Source: an uncultured Gemmatimonadales bacterium (GTDB lineage Bacteria > Gemmatimonadota > Gemmatimonadetes > Gemmatimonadales > GWC2-71-9). From it: 64,000 nt of DNA. The stretch covers positions 256,001-320,000 of the forward strand of contig CAVYSW010000010.1 of assembly GCA_963771275.1 (NCBI GenBank). Reading direction: 5' to 3'. The position numbers and the translations under genes were made by a program. The notes below the pieces were generated by a model. It saw nothing but the letters and a program-made list of their open reading frames with translations. It did no database searches and was not told the DNA's origin. Positions 24,655 to 37,261 of the stretch are shown piece by piece; the first letter of the stretch is position 1; each line of letters starts with the position of its first letter.

Positions 24655-25622
24655 GGCGCTGGGCCGCGCTCGGCGCGCTCGCGATCGTCGTGCTCGCCAC
24701 GGGGGTCCTGGTGGGGCCGGCCGGCCTGGCGCCGGGCGCCGCGCTGCGCGGCCTGCTCGGCCAGGGAGACGCCACGACGATCGCCATCGTGCGCGATCTC
24801 CGCGTGCCGCGCGCGGTGCTCGCGTTTCTGGTGGGCGGGAGCCTCGCCGTGACGGGCGCCGTGCTCCAGGCCCTGGTGCGGAATCCGCTCGCCGATCCCT
24901 ACCTGCTCGGCCTCTCCGGGGGCGCCGGCTTGGGGGCCGTCCTCGCCATCACGCTGGGCATCGGCGGCGCGTGGGCGCTTCCGGCGGCGGCCGCGCTCGG
25001 CGCGCTCGCGGCGATCGCCCTGGTCTACCGCCTCGCCGTGGTGGCCGGCGCGGTGCTCGACACGCGGGTCCTGCTGCTCGGCGGTGTCGTCGTGGGCGCC
25101 TTCGCCGCCGCGCTGATGGGGGCCGTGCTCGCCCTCTCGCCCGCGGAAGACCTGCGGAGCGCGCTGCTCTGGCTGCTCGGTGGCTTCGACGCCGCCTCGT
25201 GGCGCACGCTCGGCATCTTCGCCGCCTACGCCGCCGTGCCGCTCGTGCTGCTCTATCGCGCCAGCCGCCCGCTCGACCTGCTCTCGCTCGGCGAGGAGCC
25301 GGCGCGGTTTCTCGGCGCGGACGTGGAGCCGCTGAAGCGCCTCCTCTACGTGGCGGCGTCGCTGCTCACCGCCGCCGCGGTCGCGGTGGCCGGCATCATC
25401 GGGTTCGTCGGGCTCGTGGTGCCGCACGCGATCCGGCTGCTCTGGGGCCACTCCCACCGCACGCTGCTGCCGGCGGCGTTCGTGCTGGGTGGCGCCCTGC
25501 TGTGCGCCGCCGACGCGCTGGCGCGCACCGCGTTCGCGCCGCTCACCCTCCCCGTCGGCGTCGTGACGGCGATCCTCGGCGTTCCCGTGTTCGCGGTCCT
25601 GGTGCGGCGGTGGAGCGCATGA
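24651..25622 (+). CDS. btuC: FecCD/BtuC-family ABC permease
   Basis: LRVPR, LQALVRNPLADPYLLGLS, LGEEPARFLG, GIIGFVGLVVPH. Confidence 0.9.
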   Translation: MRRWAALGALAIVVLATGVLVGPAGLAPGAALRGLLGQGDATTIAIVRDLRVPRAVLAFLVGGSLAVTGAVLQALVRNPLADPYLLGLSGGAGLGAVLAITLGIGGAWALPAAAALGALAAIALVYRLAVVAGAVLDTRVLLLGGVVVGAFAAALMGAVLALSPAEDLRSALLWLLGGFDAASWRTLGIFAAYAAVPLVLLYRASRPLDLLSLGEEPARFLGADVEPLKRLLYVAASLLTAAAVAVAGIIGFVGLVVPHAIRLLWGHSHRTLLPAAFVLGGALLCAADALARTAFAPLTLPVGVVTAILGVPVFAVLVRRWSA

Positions 25623-26443
25623 TCTTCGAGGCGCGCGGCGCCGACTACCGCTACCCCGGGGCCGCGGCCGCCGCGGTGACCGGCGCCGATCTCCGCGTGG
25701 CGCGCGGCGAGCTGGTGGGGATCATCGGGCCCAACGGAAGCGGCAAGACGACGCTGCTGCGTCTCCTGCTCGGCGTCCTCGCTCCCACGGCGGGGCACGT
25801 GCTCGCGTTCGGGAAGCCGGCGGCGAGCTGGCGCCGGCGCGAGCTGGCGCGCCGGGTGGCCGTCGTGGTGCAGCGCGAGGAGCCGGTGTTCCCGTTGCGG
25901 GTGCGCGAGGCGGTCACGCTCGGCCGCTATCCCCACCTGGGTCCGTTCCAGCCCCTCGGGCCGCGCGACCGGGACGTCGTCGCCGAGGCACTCGCCCGCG
26001 CCGACGCGACCGACCTCGCGGACCGCTGGATCGCCACGCTCTCGGGGGGCGAGTGGCAGCGCGTGCGGATCGCCCGCGCGCTGGCGCAGCAGCCCGAGGC
26101 GCTGGTGCTCGACGAGGCGACCGCGAACCTCGACCTGCGCCACGAGATGGAGGCGTTCGAGCTCGTGGCCGCCCTGGTGCGCGATCGGGGTCTCACGGGC
26201 GTGCTGGTCTCGCACCATTTCAACCTGGTTGCGCGGTTCGCGGACCGGGTCATCGTGCTCGCGCGCGGTGCGGTGGTGGCGGCCGGCCCCCCGGTGGAGG
26301 CGCTCACCGGCGACGTGGTCGAGCGGGTGTTCGAGTGGCCGGTGGACGTGCTCGCTTGGCGCGGGACGCGACAGTTCATACCGATGCGACGACGGGATGC
26401 GACGATGCCTCCGCGCGCAGAACGTGAAAGGAGCGAGCGATGA
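25619..26443 (+). CDS. btuD: Cobalamin/siderophore ABC ATPase
   Basis: GPNGSGKTT, LSGGEWQR, LVLDEAT. Confidence 0.88.
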   Translation: MIFEARGADYRYPGAAAAAVTGADLRVARGELVGIIGPNGSGKTTLLRLLLGVLAPTAGHVLAFGKPAASWRRRELARRVAVVVQREEPVFPLRVREAVTLGRYPHLGPFQPLGPRDRDVVAEALARADATDLADRWIATLSGGEWQRVRIARALAQQPEALVLDEATANLDLRHEMEAFELVAALVRDRGLTGVLVSHHFNLVARFADRVIVLARGAVVAAGPPVEALTGDVVERVFEWPVDVLAWRGTRQFIPMRRRDATMPPRAERERSER

Positions 26444-28398
26444 CGGGTGGACGGACGGCGCGCGTACTGGGACTGGTGCTCGGGGTCGCCGCCGGTCCGC
26501 TTGGCGCCCAGCAGCGCGGCGACACGGTTGCGCTTGCCCCGATCGTCATCACGGCCACCTCGGTGCCCACGGCGGCGGACCGCCTGTCCAGCCGCGTCAC
26601 GGTCATCACGGCGGAGGACCTGGCGCGCGCGGGCGTGCATACCGTGGCCGACGCCCTCGCCGGCCTGGTCGGGCTCGCGGTGGCGCGCACGGGGCCGTAC
26701 GGGTCCGGCACGTCGGTCTTCATCCGGGGCGGCGAGAGCGACTACGTGAAGGTGCTGGTGGACGGCGTTCCCGTGAACGACCCCGGCGGCGCCTACGACT
26801 TCGCGCACCTCACCGTGGATGCCGTGGATCGGATCGAGGTGGTCCGGGGGCCGGTGAGCGTGCTGTACGGCTCGGACGCGGTGGCGGGCGTCGTGCAGAT
26901 CGTCACGCGCGCGCGGGGGTCGCGCCTCGACGGCGGCGCGCGGGCGGGCAGCTACGGGACGGTGGACGCGGATGCCTCGGTGGGCGTCGACCGCGGCGCC
27001 CTCGCCCTGGCGCTGACCGCGCGACACCTGGCGTCCGACGGGCCGTATGCGTTCAACGGCGCGTACGACAACCGGGTGCTGGGGGGACACCTCCGCGTCA
27101 CGCCCGACGCGCGCACGACGCTCGATCTCTCGCTCCGGAGCTCGGATGCCGACTATCACTTCCCGACGGACGGCGCGGGCAACGTCGTGGACCGCGACCA
27201 GCACCAGGTGAGCCAGGCGCTCTCGCTCGGGCTCACCGCGGTCCGGCGGCTCCGCGGGCGGGCGGTGCTGCGGGTGGCGCTCGCCAGCCATGCCGGAGAC
27301 GGCGGGATCGAGGATGGCCCGGACGGGCCGGGGGATACGCTCGGGGTCTTCGCGTATCACAGCCGGCAGGATGTGACCCGGCATGGTCTCGACGGGCGCG
27401 TGACCATTCCGCTGGGGCGCGCGAGCGCGGTCACGGTCGGCGCCGCGCTCGAGGATCAGCGGGCCCGGGGGGCAAGCGTAGCGGAGAGCGAGTTCGGACC
27501 GTTCGGCGACACGGCCGACGTGCGACGCCGCAACTGGGCGGGCTACGGCGAGCTCGACACTGGGGTGGGGCCCTTCGCGCTCACGGCCGGAGCGCGCGTC
27601 GATCGCAACCAACGGTTCGGCACGTTCGCCACGTGGCGCGGTGGTGCGTCGTGGGCCGCGGGGCACGGCTGGCGCGTCTATGCCTCCGCGGGGACGGCGT
27701 TCAAGGAACCCACGTTCTTCGAGCAGTTCGGCGGCGGCTTCGTGATCGGCAACCCGGCGCTCGCGCCGGAGCGCACCACCAGTTGGGAGATCGGCACGGA
27801 GGGGGTCATGCTCGCCGGGCGCGTGCGGGCGTCCGCCTCGTATTTCGGGCAGCGATTCCGCGACCTGATTCAGTTCACGTCCGCCGCCGGCGCGCCCGAC
27901 GCGCCGAACTACGTGAACGTCGCGGCGGCCGACGCCGACGGGCTCGAGCTGGAGGTGAGCCTCGTGCCCGTTGCCGGCACGCGGCTCCGCGCCCATTACA
28001 CGTATCTGCGCACGCGAGTCACCGATGGAGGCGTCCTGCCGGACGATGACGCCGCATTCCGCACCGGCGGCAGCCTGCTGCGTCGCCCCACGCACAGCGC
28101 CGGTCTCGACGGCGACGCGCGCTGGGGTCGGGTCTCCAGCTACGCGGCGCTGCGCTGGACCGGCAGTCGAGCGGATGCGGATTTCGCCGCCTTCCCGGCG
28201 GCCCGCGTCACGCTCCCCGCCGTGGCGGTCGCGGATCTTGCGGCGGAGCTGCGCGTGACCAGCGCCGTGGGCGCGCTCCCCGTGTTCACGCTCACCGCAC
28301 GCGTCGAGAACGTGCTTGACGCGCGGTATCAGATGGCGTTCGGCTTCCCGGCGCTGGGAAGGACGGTGCTGGTGGGAGGGCGCGTCGGCATGCGATGA
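26440..28398 (+). CDS. btuB: TonB-dependent cobalamin receptor (BtuB-like)
   Basis: Signal peptide, TonB box IVITAT, plug FIRGGES..VLVDG, RIEVVRGPVSVLYGSDAVAGVV, ENVLD..Y; riboswitch-led operon. Confidence 0.88.
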   Translation: MTGGRTARVLGLVLGVAAGPLGAQQRGDTVALAPIVITATSVPTAADRLSSRVTVITAEDLARAGVHTVADALAGLVGLAVARTGPYGSGTSVFIRGGESDYVKVLVDGVPVNDPGGAYDFAHLTVDAVDRIEVVRGPVSVLYGSDAVAGVVQIVTRARGSRLDGGARAGSYGTVDADASVGVDRGALALALTARHLASDGPYAFNGAYDNRVLGGHLRVTPDARTTLDLSLRSSDADYHFPTDGAGNVVDRDQHQVSQALSLGLTAVRRLRGRAVLRVALASHAGDGGIEDGPDGPGDTLGVFAYHSRQDVTRHGLDGRVTIPLGRASAVTVGAALEDQRARGASVAESEFGPFGDTADVRRRNWAGYGELDTGVGPFALTAGARVDRNQRFGTFATWRGGASWAAGHGWRVYASAGTAFKEPTFFEQFGGGFVIGNPALAPERTTSWEIGTEGVMLAGRVRASASYFGQRFRDLIQFTSAAGAPDAPNYVNVAAADADGLELEVSLVPVAGTRLRAHYTYLRTRVTDGGVLPDDDAAFRTGGSLLRRPTHSAGLDGDARWGRVSSYAALRWTGSRADADFAAFPAARVTLPAVAVADLAAELRVTSAVGALPVFTLTARVENVLDARYQMAFGFPALGRTVLVGGRVGMR

Positions 28399-28467
28399 GG
28401 ATAGGGCGCGCAGCGGGGCGGCGGGGCAGGGAAGTCGCGGGACCGCTCCATCTCTGTCCTCTGCTCC

Positions 28468-28512
28468 CTGCCGCTCCTGCCGCTGCTGCCGCTGCTGCCG
28501 CTCCTGCGACTG
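28468..28512 (+). repeat. 9-bp tandem repeat CTGCCGCT(C/G) x4 plus a degenerate unit, with a complementary purine-rich arm at ~28410-28433
   Basis: Read directly between btuB and recO. Confidence 0.85.
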
Positions 28513-28526
28513 TATCTTCCACCGGC

Positions 28527-29267
28527 ATGCTCGTCTCCACCCCCGCCGTCGTGCTGCACGCCTTCCCCTATGGCGAGACCTCGAGGATCGCCCGCCTGGC
28601 GACGCCGGACTTCGGAGTCCAGAGCGTGATCGCCAAAGGCGCCCTGCGGCCCCGCAGCCCGTTCGGCGGGCGGCTCCAGGCGCTGAGCGAGGGCACGGCG
28701 CAGTTCTATCATCGAGCGCATCGCGATCTCCACACACTGCGCGCGTTCGACGTGACCGACCAGCACGCGACGCTGGCGGCGGACGTCGCCCGGTACGCGG
28801 CCGCGACGGCGCTCGCGGAGCTGGTGCTGCGATTCGCGCAGGAGGAGCCCCAGCCGAGCGTCTATGAGGGGCTTTCCTCCGCGCTGCACGTGCTGAGTAC
28901 GGCCGACGCGGCGGCGGTGCCCTATGCGGCGCTCGCCGCCCTGTGGCACGAAATCGTGGTGCTGGGGTTCGCTCCCACAGTGGACGTCTGCGTGCGATGT
29001 GGGCGCCCGCTCGCCGCCCGCGCCCCCTTCTCGCTCGGCGACGGCGGCCTGCTGTGCGCGCGCTGCGCGCGCGGGGCGGGGCGGGGCGCGCTCGGCCCCG
29101 ACGACCGGCTGGCGCTCCGGGCCTTCGTGGCCGGCTCCTACGCGGTGCCGCCGCTCTCGACGCCGCACCTCGCGGCGCACCGCCGCCTGTTTGCCCGCTT
29201 CGTGCGCCGCCACGTCGCCGACGAGCTGGAGCTGCCGGCGCTGATCTTCTGGGAGAGCCTCGCGTGA
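28527..29267 (+). CDS. recO: DNA repair protein RecO
   Basis: AVVL..FPYGETSRI, GVQSVIAKGA, CVRCG...GGLLCARC zinc finger. Confidence 0.92.
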   Translation: MLVSTPAVVLHAFPYGETSRIARLATPDFGVQSVIAKGALRPRSPFGGRLQALSEGTAQFYHRAHRDLHTLRAFDVTDQHATLAADVARYAAATALAELVLRFAQEEPQPSVYEGLSSALHVLSTADAAAVPYAALAALWHEIVVLGFAPTVDVCVRCGRPLAARAPFSLGDGGLLCARCARGAGRGALGPDDRLALRAFVAGSYAVPPLSTPHLAAHRRLFARFVRRHVADELELPALIFWESLA

Positions 29268-31153
29268 GTCGGCACGTCGTGATCGGGACCGCCGGGCACG
29301 TGGACCATGGCAAGACCGCTCTGGTCAAGGCGCTCACCGGCGTGGACACGGATCGATGGGAGGAGGAGAAGCGCCGCGGCATCACGATCGATCTTGGGTT
29401 TGCCGCGCTCGCGCTCGGCGGGGGACTGGCCGCGAGCATCGTGGATGTGCCGGGACACGAGGACTTCGTGCGCAACATGGTGGCGGGCGCCACCGGCATC
29501 GACCTCGCGCTGCTCGTGGTGGCGGCCGACGAGAGCGTGATGCCACAGACGGTCGAGCACGTCGCGATCCTCGACTTCCTGGGAGTGCGGACCGGAGTCG
29601 TGGCCCTCGCCAAGGCCGATCTCGTGGACGCCGCCTGGCTCGACCTGGTGCGCTCGGACGTCGCCGAGCGGCTCGCGGCCAGCCGGGTGCGCTGGGAGGC
29701 CATCGTGCCGGTATCCGCCGTGACGGGGGCCGGTCTGCCCGATCTGCTGGAGGCCCTGCGCCACGCTGCGGCGACGCTGCCTGAGCGCTCCGCCGACGAC
29801 CTGTTCCGTCTCCCCGTGGATCGCGCGTTCAGCGTCGCCGGCGCCGGCACGGTGGTGACGGGCACCACGTGGAGTGGCACGGTGCGGGTCGGCGGCGACG
29901 TCGCGGTCTGGCCGGGGCCGTTGGCGGCGCGCGTGCGCAGCGTGCAGGTCCACGGAGTCTCCCGGCCCACCGCGGAACCGGGGCGGCGCACGGCGCTGGC
30001 GCTCACCGGCGTCGAGCGCGACGTCGTCGCGCGCGGCAGCGTCGTGGTTGCCGGCCGGGGCTGGCGCGCGAGCGCGCGGCTTGACGTCATGCTTACCCTC
30101 CTTCCCCGCGCGCCGGTGCTGACGCAACGCTCGCGCGTGCGCGTGCATCTCGGCACGGCGGAGGTGCTGGCCCGGATCACGCCGGCCGCGGAGCGCATCG
30201 TGCCCGGGGAGACTGCGGCCGCACGCCTGCGGCTGGAGCAGCCGGTCGTCGCACGCTGGGGGGATCGGATGGTCGTCCGCTCTTACTCGCCGGTGACCAC
30301 GATCGGGGGGGCGGTGGTTGCGGATCCCTGGCCGCCGGCCCGGCCGCGACGCCCAGAGGGGCTGGAGCGTCTCTTGGGTGAGGCCGAGGAGCGACTAGCT
30401 CGCGCCGTGGAGCGCAGCGCGACCCACGGTGTGCCGCTCGCGGACTTGCCCGTCCGACTGGGGATCCCGCCGGCGGAAGTACCCGCGGTGCTGGGCCGGG
30501 TGGAGCACCGGCTGGTCACGCGGATCGACGATCGCTTGGTGGGGTCCGCCGAGGTCGCCCGGTTGCGGGACCGTGCCTTGGAGGCGCTGGCGGCCCATCA
30601 TCGCGACGAGCCGCTTGCTCCGGGGATGTCGCGCGAGGCCGTGCGCCAGAGGCTTGGCGACGCCGCGATCGCGGACCACATTCTGGCGGGCTTGGCAGCG
30701 TCGGGGGCGGTGGTGCTGGACGGTGCCACGGCGAGGCTCGCGGGACACGTGACACGGTTGGACGAGGCGACCCAACAGCTTGCCACGACGATCGGGAACG
30801 CGCTGCGCAGTGCGGGGTTTGAGGGAAAGACGGCCGCAGAATTGGCAGATTTGGGCGACCGGCAGGCCGTGGAGGCCATGCTGGAATACCTCGTCCGGGA
30901 TAAGGCCGTCACCCGGGTTGGTCGGGAACGGTTCCTTGATGCGCGGGTGGTGGAGGGGATCGTGGAACGGGTGGCCGCAATCCTGCGGGATCGAGGCGCT
31001 GTTGGCCCGGCCGATCTCCGTGACACACTTGGACTTACGCGGAAATTCTCGATTCCGCTACTGGAGTGGATGGATGGGCAGGGGTACACCGTCAGGGCGG
31101 GTGATTTCCGTCGTGAGGGGCCGCGCTTGACAAGCGGCGCGAAGAAGCCCTAA
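29264..31153 (+). CDS. selB: Selenocysteine-specific elongation factor
   Basis: GTAGHVDHGKT, EEKRRGITIDLGF, DVPGHEDFVRNM, RSYSPVTTIGG, C-terminal winged helix TRKFSIPLLEWMD..G.T.R.GD.R. Confidence 0.95.
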   Translation: MSRHVVIGTAGHVDHGKTALVKALTGVDTDRWEEEKRRGITIDLGFAALALGGGLAASIVDVPGHEDFVRNMVAGATGIDLALLVVAADESVMPQTVEHVAILDFLGVRTGVVALAKADLVDAAWLDLVRSDVAERLAASRVRWEAIVPVSAVTGAGLPDLLEALRHAAATLPERSADDLFRLPVDRAFSVAGAGTVVTGTTWSGTVRVGGDVAVWPGPLAARVRSVQVHGVSRPTAEPGRRTALALTGVERDVVARGSVVVAGRGWRASARLDVMLTLLPRAPVLTQRSRVRVHLGTAEVLARITPAAERIVPGETAAARLRLEQPVVARWGDRMVVRSYSPVTTIGGAVVADPWPPARPRRPEGLERLLGEAEERLARAVERSATHGVPLADLPVRLGIPPAEVPAVLGRVEHRLVTRIDDRLVGSAEVARLRDRALEALAAHHRDEPLAPGMSREAVRQRLGDAAIADHILAGLAASGAVVLDGATARLAGHVTRLDEATQQLATTIGNALRSAGFEGKTAAELADLGDRQAVEAMLEYLVRDKAVTRVGRERFLDARVVEGIVERVAAILRDRGAVGPADLRDTLGLTRKFSIPLLEWMDGQGYTVRAGDFRREGPRLTSGAKKP

Positions 31154-31156
31154 CTT
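31127..31156 (+). promoter_or_regulatory. Sigma70-type promoter (TTGACA-N18-TAACTT) embedded in the selB 3' end
   Basis: Perfect -35 and TAnnnT -10 upstream of ORF 31232. Confidence 0.65.
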
Positions 31157-31231
31157 GTGTCCTGTCGGCTAGATAGCCCCATTCACTGCAAGGAGCAACA
31201 TCCCGAACCCTTCTTTGTCAGATAGGAGCTG

Positions 31232-31660
31232 TTGATGAAGTTGCTTGCCTGGGCGATCGTCTCGCTTGGGCTCCTCGCAGCGGCCTCCTCGTCGGTGTCG
31301 GCGCAGGGGACGCAGCAGGCTGATCGGGTTGAGCTTCGGCAGAACTACCCGAATCCCTTCAACCCGGAAACCACGATTCCGTTCAAGCTGCCGGAGAGCT
31401 TCTTCTCCGACGGCAAGCGACCGGTTGTGAGCCTGCGTGTGTACAACGTCCTCGCACAGCTCGTCGCCGTCCCCATCCTCCAAGGGTCAGGCGAGCCCAT
31501 GGACAATCTCCAGCTCGACTGGAATGGGACGGGCGAGTACAGCGCCTACTGGGACGGGAAAGTCCTGAACAGCGACCGTGAGGCCGCGTCGGGAGTCTAT
31601 GTCTATCAGCTCGTCGTCAACGGCGAGCGCCATACCGGGAAGATGACGATTGTGAAGTAG
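31232..31660 (+). CDS. Small secreted protein made of a single FlgD-Ig / T9SS C-terminal-domain-like module
   Basis: Signal peptide, [54 protein letters not shown]. Confidence 0.8.
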   Translation: MMKLLAWAIVSLGLLAAASSSVSAQGTQQADRVELRQNYPNPFNPETTIPFKLPESFFSDGKRPVVSLRVYNVLAQLVAVPILQGSGEPMDNLQLDWNGTGEYSAYWDGKVLNSDREAASGVYVYQLVVNGERHTGKMTIVK

Positions 31661-31685
31661 TGCTTCCCGCCACGCCCCATCATGC

Positions 31686-31723
31686 CAGACGCGCCGATCA
31701 CAGGTCGGCGCGTCTGTCGTTTT
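31686..31723 (+). terminator. Rho-independent terminator
   Basis: 12-bp perfect stem CAGACGCGCCGA/TCGGCGCGTCTG followed by TCGTTTT. Confidence 0.7.
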
Positions 31724-31817
31724 GGGACCCGGAGTGCCAGAATTGCCATACGCGCGGGAATGGAGGTTGCTCCTGTGGGCCACCGGAGCCATCCTCTGGA
31801 GGAGGAATGAGGAATCC

Positions 31818-34894
<3,077 letters not shown>

Positions 34895-34955
34895 CACATG
34901 ACAACTGCTTTATCGGCAATAGCTTGCGCGCATCAGGGCGGTCGGGCTCCACCCC

Positions 34956-34973
34956 TGTGACAGGTGTGTGACA
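34956..34973. promoter_or_regulatory. Pho-box-like 11-bp-period direct repeat upstream of ppk1
   Basis: TGTGACAggtgTGTGACA (minus strand GTGTCAC-acac-CTGTCAC); TACAAT -10 at 35022-35027 lacks a good -35. Confidence 0.45.
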
Positions 34974-35059
34974 CGTGGATCACCGTACCCGCGACGGCTG
35001 GTGCGGCGGTGGACTCCACGGTACAATTACGGCCCCCGTTTCCTCGTTCCCAGAGGCCC

Positions 35060-37261
35060 ATGAAGGACGCACTTGCCGCCACGCCGACCACCCCGCCGCC
35101 GGGGGGTACGCGTGGGGCGGACCCGGTGCGTCCACCCGCGGTTCCGCTCGAGGCGCCCGAGGCGTTCTTCAATCGCGAGCTGAGCTGGCTCGCCTTTGCG
35201 CGCCGCGTGGTGGCGCTGGTGGAGCAGCCGTCGTTGCCGCTGCTCGAGCGGCTGAAGTTCGCCGGGATTTCCGGCATGCTGCACGACGAGTTCTTCATGA
35301 AGCGGATGAGTGGGCTCAAGCGGCAGATCACCCGGCGCTCGCAGCGGCGCTCGCTCGACGGGCGGACCCCGCAGGAAGAGTTCGACGCGTGCCGCCGCGA
35401 GCTGCTCGCACAGGCGGAGGTGCTGGGCCGGGTGATCGACACCGAGATCAGGCCCGCCCTGGCCCGCCAGGGGCTGGGCATCCATGACTACGGCACCCTG
35501 GACCCGTCGCAACAGGCCGGGCTGCGGACGTACTTCACGCGATCGGTGATGCCGATTCTCACGCCGCTCGCGGTGGATTCGGAGCACCCGTTCCCGTTCA
35601 TTTCCAGCCTCGGGCTCAACCTCGCGATCGTGCTGCCGGAGGGGGAGGGGCGGTGGCGTTTCGTGCGCGTCAAGGTCCCGAACAACCGCCCGCGGTGGGT
35701 CCCGCTGCCCAACGGCGATGGGTTCACGTCGCTCGAGCAGGTGATCGCCCACAACATCGACTTGTTCTACCCGAAGACTGAGGAGACGGCGGTCTACGCC
35801 TTTCGCGTGACCCGCGGCGCCGAGGGCGAGGTCCCCGAGCAGGCGGACGAGGACGTCGTCCAGCTCCCGGGCTCGATCGTGGAGCAGGTGAGCCGGGAGC
35901 TCAAGGCGCGTCGGTTCGCCGGCGTCGTGCGGGTGCAGCTGGAAGCGGGCATGCCCGAGGGCCTGGTGCGCTGGCTGTGCGAGCAGCTGAAGGCCAGCGC
36001 GGACGACGTCTATCACACGGGCTCGTTCCTTGGCCTGAGCGATCTGCTGGAGCTCCAGGCCGCGGGTCGCGACGATCTGCGCCTGCCGCCGCACCAGCCC
36101 GTCACGCATCCCCGCCTCCGCGCGCTCGCCGCAGACGACGGGCAGGCGATTCTGGCGGAGATCGCGCGCGGCGACCTGCTATTGCACCACCCGTACGACA
36201 GCTTCGACACGTCGGTGATGCGGTTCATCGAATCTGCCGCGGCCGATCCGGCCGTGCTGGCGATCAAGCTCACGATTTACCGGACCAGCAGCGACTCGCC
36301 GATCGTGCGGGCGCTGGCCGAAGCCGCGCGACGCGGCAAGCAGGTGGCCGTCGTCGTGGAGATCACGGCGCGGTTCGACGAGGCGCCGAACATCGCCTGG
36401 GGGAAGTTCCTCGAGAACGAGGGCGCGCACGTCGTTTACGGGGTGGAGCGGCTCAAGACGCACGTCAAGCTGGCGCTCGTCGTCCGCGAGGAGCGCGGCG
36501 AGCTGCGCCGCTACGCGCACATCGGCACGGGGAACTACCACTCCGGCACGGCCAAGCTGTACGAGGACCTCGGCATTCTCACGGCCGACGCCGAGGTCTG
36601 CGACGCGGTCGCGGCCGTGTTCGACGAGCTGACCGGCACGACGCCGCACCGCGCGCACCACCGGCTGCTCGTGGCGCCCCACGACATGCGGGAGCGGTTC
36701 ACCGTGCTGGTGCGGCGGGAGGCGGAGCACGCCGCGGCGGGCCGGGCCTGCGGCATTTGCGCCAAGATGAACCAGCTGCAGGACCCGGAGATGATCCGGG
36801 AGCTGTACCGCGCGAGCCAGGCGGGCGTGCCGATCACCCTGTATGTGCGGGGCCTCTGCGCGCTCCGACCCGGGGTCCCGGGGCTCTCCGAGACGATCCG
36901 GGTGTCGAGCGTCGTGGGCCGGTTTCTGGAGCACAGCCGGGTCTACCGGTTCACCAACGGCGGGGCGCGCGAGCACTACATCGGCTCCGCCGACTGGATG
37001 CACCGCAACCTGACGAACCGGGTGGAGACCGTCGTCTCGATCACGGATCCCGTGCTGCAGCGGGAGCTCGACGCGATCCTCGACGTGTACGAGCGCGACA
37101 ACTGCTCGGCCTGGGACTGTGGCCCCGACGGCGTTTACGTGCAGCGCGTCCCCGGACCCGGTGAGACTCCCCGCACTGCGCAGGTCGCGTTCATCGAGCG
37201 GGCCAGGAAGCGGCGGGAGGCGGGGAGCCGACGGCGGGAGGGCGGAACGAGTGAAACGTGA
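35060..37261 (+). CDS. ppk1: Polyphosphate kinase 1
   Basis: FNRELSWLAF, HPFPFIS, LLHHPYDSF, IKLTIYRT, ARFDE, KTHVK, GTGNY, GRFLEHSR, GSADWMHRNL. Confidence 0.96.
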   Translation: MKDALAATPTTPPPGGTRGADPVRPPAVPLEAPEAFFNRELSWLAFARRVVALVEQPSLPLLERLKFAGISGMLHDEFFMKRMSGLKRQITRRSQRRSLDGRTPQEEFDACRRELLAQAEVLGRVIDTEIRPALARQGLGIHDYGTLDPSQQAGLRTYFTRSVMPILTPLAVDSEHPFPFISSLGLNLAIVLPEGEGRWRFVRVKVPNNRPRWVPLPNGDGFTSLEQVIAHNIDLFYPKTEETAVYAFRVTRGAEGEVPEQADEDVVQLPGSIVEQVSRELKARRFAGVVRVQLEAGMPEGLVRWLCEQLKASADDVYHTGSFLGLSDLLELQAAGRDDLRLPPHQPVTHPRLRALAADDGQAILAEIARGDLLLHHPYDSFDTSVMRFIESAAADPAVLAIKLTIYRTSSDSPIVRALAEAARRGKQVAVVVEITARFDEAPNIAWGKFLENEGAHVVYGVERLKTHVKLALVVREERGELRRYAHIGTGNYHSGTAKLYEDLGILTADAEVCDAVAAVFDELTGTTPHRAHHRLLVAPHDMRERFTVLVRREAEHAAAGRACGICAKMNQLQDPEMIRELYRASQAGVPITLYVRGLCALRPGVPGLSETIRVSSVVGRFLEHSRVYRFTNGGAREHYIGSADWMHRNLTNRVETVVSITDPVLQRELDAILDVYERDNCSAWDCGPDGVYVQRVPGPGETPRTAQVAFIERARKRREAGSRRREGGTSET

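Noticed and set aside
25927..30198. 1423-aa minus-strand ORF, and similar long antisense ORFs (39117-42236, 52220-54757, 16963-19152, 20191-22158)
   Set aside because: Shadow frames of well-supported + strand genes in GC-rich DNA; Arg/Ala/Pro-biased with no motifs
31724..31750. CIRCE-like half site GAGTGCCAG upstream of clpB
   Set aside because: The left arm TTAGCACTC at 9-nt spacing is missing
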